Origin: an uncultured Puniceicoccaceae bacterium
GTDB taxonomy: Bacteria > Verrucomicrobiota > Verrucomicrobiia > Opitutales > Coraliomargaritaceae
Length of the DNA: 64,000 nt
NCBI GenBank assembly: GCA_913031135.1
Contig: CAJWEH010000001.1
Coordinates: 1,482-65,481, forward strand
Direction: 5' to 3'
Of the stretch, positions 41,061 through 47,961 are shown piece by piece. Positions within the stretch are counted from its first letter, which is position 1, and each line of letters begins with the position of its first letter. The notes under the pieces were generated by a model. The model made no database searches. It worked only from the letters and a program-made list of their open reading frames with translations, and was not told the DNA's origin. The position numbers and the translations under genes were made by a program.

Positions 41061-41347
41061 TATAAGGTGATAATGCCAGGAATGTGACTCATCGTTTCGT
41101 ATAATGCGACGACCTCATCCGAAGACTGCACTTCTTTCTCTAAAGTGAAAGCGACAAAGCGTCCATTAGACGAGTCTCTAGACTCTAAATGATCAGTATT
41201 GAGTAATTCTATGACTTGATTCGCTTGCTGAGCGGGTACAATAAATTTAAAGGGGAATACAGATGGCCAGTTATAATGAGCATCTAAGCTGCTTTTGAAA
41301 CTCTCGACTGAAGCACGATCAAACATATACAGCACAGTATAAGACAT
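41060..41347 (-). CDS. YbeD-like DUF493 protein
   Basis: WPSVFPFKFIV... and ...VVALYETMSHIPGIITL align with E. coli YbeD (FPTPFTYKVMG...VETLYEELGKIDIVRMVL) from memory. TAATG overlap with msrA. Confidence 0.65.
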   Translation of the reverse strand: MSYTVLYMFDRASVESFKSSLDAHYNWPSVFPFKFIVPAQQANQVIELLNTDHLESRDSSNGRFVAFTLEKEVQSSDEVVALYETMSHIPGIITL

Positions 41348-41455
41348 TGGAACAAAGTCGAAGCGAAATGTATTTTTTTTAGATCAAGACTTGCAAGATC
41401 TGAAATTCCCCACAATAAAAGTGGGTTTTAGTTTTATAAACTAAATCTGCTCGAT

Positions 41456-41541
41456 GCCTAGGTGGTGGAATGGTAGACACTCGGGACTTAAAATCCCGTG
41501 CCGGCAACGGCGTGCGGGTTCAAGTCCCGCCCTAGGTACCA
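41456..41541 (+). tRNA. tRNA-Leu (anticodon TAA), class II with long variable arm, CCA encoded
   Basis: Hand fold: acceptor GCCTAGG/CCTAGGT, D stem GTG/CAC, anticodon stem CGGGA/TCCCG with loop CTTAAAA, variable arm GCCG-GCAA-CGGC, T arm GCGGG-TTCAAGT-CCCGC, then A-CCA. Confidence 0.9.
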
Positions 41542-41619
41542 GTGCAGTTTGTAAGTTTCTTCCTTAGCTCAAAGGCGTCTTTGGTCGCACAGGATTTCCC
41601 CTGTTTTGTAAGTTTTCCC

Positions 41620-42168
41620 TTGGTTTATCGATCGATCTATCTGAAATTACTCTCTATACTTTTACTGATTCCTATGGCTATTGCGTCCGCAAGTGAGCAA
41701 GCATTTGATCGCACCGAGGTTGGTGTGATTGAGATTAAATCACTGCCTGCCTCTAAAGTCATTAAATCGACTTCAGACACGTCTTATTTTGAAGCGAACA
41801 ACCTTTTCATGCCCTTGTTTTGGTACATCACCACTCGGGGTATTGCAATGACAGCTCCCGTCGAGGTCGAACTCGATCCTGGCGTCATGTATTTTTATAT
41901 TGGAACGGATGCTCAAGAACGTGCCTTGAAATCAACAGGAACAGTTAGGGTTGAGTCCTTCCCAGAACGTACGGTTGCCGCTATTGGCTATCAAGGTGCT
42001 TATACTGAAGATCAGTTTAACGAAGCTAAAACTCGCTTAGAGGCTTGGCTAGTAGAGCAGACTGATATTAGCCCCATCGGCGAAGCGAATGCCGTCTATT
42101 GGCATGGACCCTCCGTTCCAAATGCCCAAAAACATGCCGAAGTGCACATTCCTGTGGAAGTGCTTTAA
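41620..42168 (+). CDS. SOUL heme-binding family-like exported protein (start uncertain)
   Basis: IAMTAPVEV, FPERTVAAIGYQGAYTE and AVYWHGPSVP...AEVHIPV resemble the SOUL/HBP pattern. The track ORF starts at 41542, abutting the tRNA. The TTG at 41620 would give a signal peptide ending in ASA. Confidence 0.5.
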   Translation: MVYRSIYLKLLSILLLIPMAIASASEQAFDRTEVGVIEIKSLPASKVIKSTSDTSYFEANNLFMPLFWYITTRGIAMTAPVEVELDPGVMYFYIGTDAQERALKSTGTVRVESFPERTVAAIGYQGAYTEDQFNEAKTRLEAWLVEQTDISPIGEANAVYWHGPSVPNAQKHAEVHIPVEVL

Positions 42169-42352
42169 GCATGACATGCGGCTTGTGACTACCAGATGCT
42201 CTGTCGTGAGTGTAATCGTAGGAAGTCGAATAGTTAAGGCGAGTACGGTCTGATTGAAGTATATTTAGAGTTTCTATAAATAGCTCATATAACTTTGGCA
42301 CATCATTTGCTATATTAAAAATCGTTAGTAAAAATTCAATTTAATATAGTTT

Positions 42353-43180
42353 ATGAAACCGATTATTTTTTCAGGGTTAGAGTATTGTTTAAATAATAAG
42401 CGAGCATCGTGTGAGTTAGCGTATGATGCTTTATATGAAATAGGGGCTAGATCGATTCCACTTGTGATCAGTTCTAGTAAGAGTTTAGAAGAGTTGATCG
42501 ATTTAGTTCATGAGTTCCCTGTGATTCCTTATTTGATTGGAGAGAATGGTGCGTCGTTTGCTGTACCGATGGACTCTAAGTTGAATAAACATTTTTCATG
42601 GAATCAGACGAAGGTTGCTTATAATGTAACGTATGATCCTAATTCAAAGTCTTTGATACTGAATGTGCTTGAAGAGGCACGTTCACAGATAGGCGATTGT
42701 TTCATCGAATTTTCTAAAATTAATTCGAATCATTCTAGTCGCTTGGCTGACTTGAATTATAGTGATCTCAAGCGCGCACTAAATCGAGATGCCAATGAGG
42801 TACTGATTTGGCAGGGGAATGATTACCAATGGTGGCAATTTGTAAACTTCATCGAAGAAAAATCCCTTCTCGTGCAAAGCAGTGAATTTTTTATCCAGGT
42901 GATGGATACAAAGCATACGAAGAAAACAGCTATGTTTGCTTTATTGACTTTATTTCAGGAGACTTTTCCTGAGATACCTTGGTACAGTGTGGGTTTTGGA
43001 TCGTTAGAAGAGGATGTTTTAATGCTTGAGCATGTTGATTACCCTGTGGTTGTCCGAAGACCGAAGTTAAAAGAATTACGACTGGAGCGTGAGGACTATC
43101 AGTTAACCCATTCGTTTACGAGTGAAGGTTGGAATGAATCCCTCTTTCAGTTTTTGAATCTAAATTTACAAAAGCTTTGA
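42353..43180 (+). CDS. HAD-IIB mannosyl-3-phosphoglycerate phosphatase (YedP/MPGP)-like protein with degenerate catalytic motifs
   Basis: IPLVISSSKS, LIGENGA, EVLIWQG and DYPVVVR align with YedP from memory. However, motif I is FSGLEYCL instead of FSDLDGTL, and motif IV is GSLEED instead of GDGPND. Confidence 0.55.
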   Translation: MKPIIFSGLEYCLNNKRASCELAYDALYEIGARSIPLVISSSKSLEELIDLVHEFPVIPYLIGENGASFAVPMDSKLNKHFSWNQTKVAYNVTYDPNSKSLILNVLEEARSQIGDCFIEFSKINSNHSSRLADLNYSDLKRALNRDANEVLIWQGNDYQWWQFVNFIEEKSLLVQSSEFFIQVMDTKHTKKTAMFALLTLFQETFPEIPWYSVGFGSLEEDVLMLEHVDYPVVVRRPKLKELRLEREDYQLTHSFTSEGWNESLFQFLNLNLQKL

Positions 43181-43210
43181 GTGCTTATTTGGAAGGATTA
43201 AATGAATGTT

Positions 43211-44422
43211 TTATTGCTTGTAGATAATACTTTGAACGAAGTCTCCGAGTTTATAGCCACTGTTCATTTTTTGAATATAAATGATGTTGAGGAGTTGGTT
43301 CATTGGATCGACCCAAAATTCAGTGCCGGCTGCTCCATTCCATGAATACTGTTCTGATATTAGTTCTTTGGTGTCAGGGTCATATAGTTTTTTTATAGCA
43401 AAGCCTAAGCCAAATCCTCTGTCATCCAAGCCAAAGGAGTGCGGGCTCCAGGGATTAGATGGGTCATCGAGTACCTCACTTAGGTGATCGCTCGTCATTA
43501 AATTAAAGGTTTCTTCTGTGATGTATTGCACGCCTTTATAAGTCCCTTTGTTTAAGAGCATTTGAGCAAATTGATGATAGTCCTCTATTGTCGAAAGAAG
43601 GCCGCCTCCGCCCGAGTGAAAGCCTTCTTCTGATTGGTAATCGAAATACCGTGTGCCCAAATCTTTGAGGCGTCCATTTTCAATCCTGTAATTGCTCGCT
43701 AATCGATCGCCGTCTCTTTGCCTAATGAAGAAATCGGTATCACGCATTTTTAGGGGTGTGAAAAAGACTTTGTTGAGATGCCTGCTCAGAGAGCGACCCG
43801 TGATGCGCTCAATAATAACGCCCTGAATGTCAACGGCGATGCTGTAGTGCCATTTTTCACCCGGCTGCTGAATCAGGGGGAGTTTTGCAACCGCATCAAT
43901 GAAGTCTTGGCTGGTCTTAATACTCCAAATGTCAACAACTCGGTATTTTTTGTCGACCGGGTGATCACTCCATCCATAAGAAAAGCCGGCAGTATGTGTT
44001 AGTAAGTGTTGGATGGTGATCGCTTTATTGAGTCTTTCTTTGCTTCCATCCTCACGGAGTACTTTCAGATTTTTAAATTCAGGTATAATATCGATGATGG
44101 GAGTTTTGAGGCTGAGTTTCCCTTGCTCTACAAGTTGCATCAGAGCAACAGAAACAATCGGTTTGGTCATGGAGTAAATGCGAAAAATCGTATCTTTTTC
44201 CATGCGTTCTTTCGTTTTTAAATTTTGATAGCCAAAGGTATTAAAATAGACGATTGAGTCATTGATAGCCGTTAATCCAGTAATCCCTGCATAGGTGCCA
44301 TCTTTAACGCGTTTTTTAAATTCTCGATTGATTTCATCGGTCATTTGATCGGTAAACGAAATGCCCAATAGAATATTTGATGTCCATATGGAAAGTAGAA
44401 TAAGGGATTTGAATCGGTTCAT
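43211..44422 (-). CDS. Exported serine hydrolase of the beta-lactamase (class C/EstB-like) family
   Basis: Signal peptide, S-x-x-K active site (YSMTKP), HYS and a later HSGGGG block. Confidence 0.8.
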   Translation of the reverse strand: MNRFKSLILLSIWTSNILLGISFTDQMTDEINREFKKRVKDGTYAGITGLTAINDSIVYFNTFGYQNLKTKERMEKDTIFRIYSMTKPIVSVALMQLVEQGKLSLKTPIIDIIPEFKNLKVLREDGSKERLNKAITIQHLLTHTAGFSYGWSDHPVDKKYRVVDIWSIKTSQDFIDAVAKLPLIQQPGEKWHYSIAVDIQGVIIERITGRSLSRHLNKVFFTPLKMRDTDFFIRQRDGDRLASNYRIENGRLKDLGTRYFDYQSEEGFHSGGGGLLSTIEDYHQFAQMLLNKGTYKGVQYITEETFNLMTSDHLSEVLDDPSNPWSPHSFGLDDRGFGLGFAIKKLYDPDTKELISEQYSWNGAAGTEFWVDPMNQLLNIIYIQKMNSGYKLGDFVQSIIYKQ

Positions 44423-44429
44423 GGTGTTT

Positions 44430-45353
44430 TTAAGTTGCGATTATGTTATAGTAGGTATGTTCGCTTTTGAAAGTCTTTATTTTGTCATCATTAAAAAGGA
44501 TTAGTGCTGTTGATAGTGCGTCTGCTGTTGTTGCGCTGTCGGCGATTACGCTAATGGTTTTTTCTTTGGAAACGGTTTTGCCTGTTGTTGGATTAATTAT
44601 GTGTCCTAGTTGTTCGTTTTCTAAAAGATAGCTTCCAAAACTAGACGATGTGGCTATTGCTTGATTATTGAGCTCAATCGTTTTTTCGAGGGTCTCATTT
44701 TTGGGCTTTTGTATGCCGATTTGGAAGGGTCGCTGTTTGGGGTGTTGTCCGAGTGCTTTGGTCTCGCCTAATTCGACCAAGGCATTTTGAAACCCTTCAT
44801 TTTTCAGGATATCGGTTGCTTTGTCGGTGATATAGCCTTGTGCAATCCCATTTAATGAAATCTCGCAGTCTTTATTAAGTATTCGTATTTCAGACTTTGA
44901 ATAGTGTATTTGATGCCACCCGATTTTCGACAGGGATTCTAAAGGCAAATCCTGTGTTTTTGAGTTTTTGTGGAAATTCCATAGGGTTTGTATTGTAGGA
45001 TCAAATAAACCATGGGTTTGGTTATGGATGGTACGAATCCGATCCAATAGATCGAGCCAATCTGAATTGGGATTCAATAAAACTTTATGCTGATTGAGTT
45101 GGTTGATTTCAGAGTCTGCTAGATAGAGACTGAATTTTTGCTCGAGTCTTTGTATTTCATTAAAAACGAAACGGAGTGTTTTTTTTGCGTGTTGAGAATC
45201 TTTTGAATAGAGGGTTAAGTTTCCAGTGCTCCCGAGCAAGTAGCCACTCCATCGAACGGGTAGCATGGGGTGCGAGGCCATATTATGGGCATTTAAAAAG
45301 GCTGAACCGCAAGCACCCAGTGCTAATATTTTTATGAAGCGTTTTCTTTGCAT
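44430..45353 (-). CDS. apbE: ApbE-family FAD:protein FMN transferase
   Basis: Exported/lipoprotein-like leader (ILALGACGSAF), FDPTIQ, LNGIAQGY and AIATSSSFGSY blocks typical of ApbE. Confidence 0.85.
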   Translation of the reverse strand: MQRKRFIKILALGACGSAFLNAHNMASHPMLPVRWSGYLLGSTGNLTLYSKDSQHAKKTLRFVFNEIQRLEQKFSLYLADSEINQLNQHKVLLNPNSDWLDLLDRIRTIHNQTHGLFDPTIQTLWNFHKNSKTQDLPLESLSKIGWHQIHYSKSEIRILNKDCEISLNGIAQGYITDKATDILKNEGFQNALVELGETKALGQHPKQRPFQIGIQKPKNETLEKTIELNNQAIATSSSFGSYLLENEQLGHIINPTTGKTVSKEKTISVIADSATTADALSTALILFNDDKIKTFKSEHTYYNIIAT

Positions 45354-46120
45354 CGGTCAAAGTTTTCGCAGATTCTTCGTTTGCGTTTTTTCCAACTCAT
45401 TAGACCAGAGGTAATCAGGACTAATATGGATAGGGCGGTAAGATTCATGATGGTTTGTCCGGCTACTGAAAAGAGTTTGCCAGAGTGCAGATCGAGTAAG
45501 ACTCGATAGAGGGGGATGCCATTACCTTGGAAGGATTGCATCAAAGACTGTACATAGGCGGGATCACTTTTTGTCGGGTACAATCGTTCAGCTGCTTCGG
45601 TTTGAATCGATTCCTCGTATGAATCAAAGGTGATCCAATAGGGGTCTGCTTTAAAATTCCCATTTTCTGAAATTAGTATGTAGCTCGGTGATGCCGTTTC
45701 TGATAGGGTGGTCAATACTGCCGTGAGTTGATCATACGGAAGCGATTTTTGCTTAATGCTTTCAATCAGTTCATTTTCCAAGCTAATTAGGTGAATTTCA
45801 TTTTCCGTCAGGAGTATATGGAAGTTTTCTGATTTCAAATGAGCGACTGGCTGGCTTGTTTTTGCAATAAATTTACCGTTAAAGAATAAACTTTCCTCTA
45901 TGTAGGCAATTTTTGAAGCCTTGCTTTCGTAAAGGGTTGCTTCATTTGAGGGGGACATGCCATAGAGCTTTAAGATGAATCCATTTCGCACATAGGTGCT
46001 GTCTAGTTTTAAAAATTCGGTGTAGTTGAGGAGAATACCTGTGATCGATAAAAGTATGAGGAAGGCAGTTGCTGATAAGCCTAACCATCGGTGTATTCGT
46101 AATAGCAATTTACGTCTCAT
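45332..46120 (-). CDS. PepSY-associated TM (PepSY_TM-like) membrane protein
   Basis: The N-terminal helix is preceded by RIHRWLGLSA, the C-terminal helix by LLDLHSGKLF, and there is a large middle domain outside the membrane. It overlaps apbE by 22 nt. Confidence 0.65.
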   Translation of the reverse strand: MRRKLLLRIHRWLGLSATAFLILLSITGILLNYTEFLKLDSTYVRNGFILKLYGMSPSNEATLYESKASKIAYIEESLFFNGKFIAKTSQPVAHLKSENFHILLTENEIHLISLENELIESIKQKSLPYDQLTAVLTTLSETASPSYILISENGNFKADPYWITFDSYEESIQTEAAERLYPTKSDPAYVQSLMQSFQGNGIPLYRVLLDLHSGKLFSVAGQTIMNLTALSILVLITSGLMSWKKRKRRICENFDRCKENAS

Positions 46121-46644
46121 TAGTTTTCAGATTGTGCCACTAGGGTATCTAGGTAAAGTGCTATTTTTGACAATTTTGTTAAAGCATTTACCGAGAGCGT
46201 TGCGCCACTAATGCCATCAATCTTTTTGTTTAATTTGTAGCTTTTCTGTGATTCGAATCGAAGCCCTTTAAATTGATTTCTAAAAAAAGGATACTGCACT
46301 TCGTAACCGTGAGTTTCTCGGTAAATCAAGACTCGCATGTCTTCAATGCTTTGATCATTAATGAGAAATCCTGTGGTGATGAGTTTGACTTTGCCAATTG
46401 CCTCTAAAATCCAAGCTCGTTTGTTTCCTACTTCCCAGTAACGAATCCGTAATCCTGGGTAATCAAGTCCAGTGAGTTCTTTGATGTCCGCTTTGATTTC
46501 TTTTTTAAGCCATACGGTTTTTATTTCTGGCTCAGTTTCAAAGGAGTTTTTAATGAATTGATTTGGCTCCAAATAAACTTCTTCAAGTGCTATGGATGGA
46601 CTTGCCAAGAAAATGAGTACGATGAAGTGCCTGAGTGTTTTCAT
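46120..46644 (-). CDS. Exported FMN_bind-domain protein (predicted ApbE substrate)
   Basis: Signal peptide and the DGISGATLS motif near the C-terminus (S146-G-A-T149), the flavinylation motif of NqrC/RnfG-type domains. Its stop overlaps the next start (TAATG). Confidence 0.7.
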   Translation of the reverse strand: MKTLRHFIVLIFLASPSIALEEVYLEPNQFIKNSFETEPEIKTVWLKKEIKADIKELTGLDYPGLRIRYWEVGNKRAWILEAIGKVKLITTGFLINDQSIEDMRVLIYRETHGYEVQYPFFRNQFKGLRFESQKSYKLNKKIDGISGATLSVNALTKLSKIALYLDTLVAQSEN

Positions 46645-46681
46645 GAAAAAAACTTGCTCCTACCTTCTGTGCAGGAGCAAG
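46645..46681 (-). terminator. Intrinsic terminator/attenuator hairpin between the porin and FMN_bind genes
   Basis: The minus strand reads CTTGCTCCT-gcacagaaggt-AGGAGCAAG followed by T7, then C and the ATG at 46644. 9-bp stem, 11-nt loop. Confidence 0.6.
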
Positions 46682-46725
46682 TTAAACTAAATAATGATCG
46701 ATTAGTCACACATTCAGCAATGAGC

Positions 46726-47817
46726 TTAGAATTGATAGCCAACACCAAGACTTAAAGTCTCATTGTTTGCTTTATTTTCAGTAATATCAGCTTTCAGAAC
46801 AACATAATCAGTCGGATAATAGTTGATGCCAAAGCTTGTGTCTTCTTCTTGATTATTGCTATCACTTTTGAAGTAATTGTAATCAGCAACACGATAGAAA
46901 ACGCCTACCTTACCGTAGTCAGTATCCCATGTGTAAGACGGCTCAATATAGTAACCACTTTGGTCTTTGGCTTCTGTGTCGGTATCAATATCCCAAGATC
47001 CAGTAAGGGCTTTAAGACCAAAGCCACCTTTTTTATAGTTCAAATGAAAGACAGATAGTGTGCCTTCTACATCAGCGCTTGAGCCTTGTGTCAGGTCATC
47101 TTGTTGGAATAGGGAAGCACCTAGCTCTAACCCTGGAATGCCTCGATAAACAGCCCTTAGGATGTAAGCACCGTCATTAGCGATTGCATTCGCTACTTTT
47201 TGGCGTCCGCCTCGTATGTAGCCGTCCTCCGTTTTTAAACCATCGGTCACTGCGAAATCAACGGTTAAACCATTTCCGAAGTCTTTAGAAATTCTAATCC
47301 CTGCTTGCCACCATGTTGTCGGGATGATGTACTTTTCGACATTGTTTCTTTCAACACCGAAGAAGGTGTCGGGCTCGTGCGTTTCGTTTAAAAGCCCAAC
47401 TGGAACTAAAAAGAGACCTGCGTCCGCTGTGTAACCGTCTTTCAGTGCAAAGCGAATGAATGCTTGTTCAAGCTCAACTTCTCCTTCTTTACCTTCGCCA
47501 GCAAGAGCGTGCTCAAGCTCTAATTCGGTGAAGAGGGCGATTTTATCCGTGTAATCGTGGTTTACGAATAAGACAAAACGGTGGAAGTCTATGACATCAT
47601 TGCTTCCCTCTTTGTTATTATAGTGGAGTTCACCATAACCACCAATAGATGTCTTGTCCCACCAGCCGTTACTTGTGGATGAGGAGTCTTCAATTGCCGA
47701 GGCTAAGAGGTTAATTTGCTCCTGTAATTCATGAATTTTTTGCTCTGTGGTTTCATTTGCGTATACATGTGCAAATAAAATACTAGTCAAAATGCCTATT
47801 AAATATGCGAGTTTCAT
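46726..47817 (-). CDS. Outer-membrane porin (phosphate-selective porin O/P-like)
   Basis: Signal peptide, N-terminal coiled-coil segment (QKIHELQEQINLLASAIE), alternating beta-strand pattern, and C-terminal ...LSLGVGYQF. Confidence 0.65.
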   Translation of the reverse strand: MKLAYLIGILTSILFAHVYANETTEQKIHELQEQINLLASAIEDSSSTSNGWWDKTSIGGYGELHYNNKEGSNDVIDFHRFVLFVNHDYTDKIALFTELELEHALAGEGKEGEVELEQAFIRFALKDGYTADAGLFLVPVGLLNETHEPDTFFGVERNNVEKYIIPTTWWQAGIRISKDFGNGLTVDFAVTDGLKTEDGYIRGGRQKVANAIANDGAYILRAVYRGIPGLELGASLFQQDDLTQGSSADVEGTLSVFHLNYKKGGFGLKALTGSWDIDTDTEAKDQSGYYIEPSYTWDTDYGKVGVFYRVADYNYFKSDSNNQEEDTSFGINYYPTDYVVLKADITENKANNETLSLGVGYQF

Positions 47818-47827
47818 AAGTTAGTTT

Positions 47828-47856
47828 TTTATAGTTTTATTGATAAAGAGTCTCAA
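47828..47856 (-). promoter_or_regulatory. Candidate sigma70-type promoter of the porin operon
   Basis: The minus strand reads TTGAGA (47856-47851), a 17-nt spacer, then TATAAA (47833-47828). It ends only 10 nt before the ATG, so the leader would be very short. Confidence 0.3.
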
Positions 47857-47911
47857 TTTCATTAAATTCACCATGATGTCAACTTATTTAATGAAAACGA
47901 GTCTCATTATC
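47842..47911. promoter_or_regulatory. Pair of 23-bp sites in inverted orientation with Fur-box-like half sites. Candidate metalloregulator operator.
   Basis: Site A is 47842-47864, GATAAAGAGTCTCAATTTCATTA. Site B is 47889-47911, whose reverse complement is GATAATGAGACTCGTTTTCATTA. They match at 19 of 23 positions and are separated by a 24-nt spacer. Confidence 0.35.
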
Positions 47912-47961
47912 GCATAATATTGTGCCTTGTCTCGAAACGAATTATTGGTACTTTGCGAACG

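Noticed and set aside
41385-41405. Palindromic stretch AGATCAAGACTTGCAAGATCT upstream of tRNA-Leu
   Set aside because: Only 5 bp can pair at the ends. The T-run precedes rather than follows it, so it is not a terminator. There is no further support for an operator.
42068-42301. 77-aa minus-strand ORF overlapping the end of the SOUL-like gene
   Set aside because: It is Arg/His-rich and overlaps a better-supported gene on the other strand, and I recognise no family. The same DNA is better explained by the plus-strand features.
47905-47930. CGCATAATATTGTGCC, faintly resembling the XerC arm of a dif site
   Set aside because: Only the CGCATAA part matches. There is no XerD arm (TTATGTTAAAT-like) and no proper 6-nt central region.
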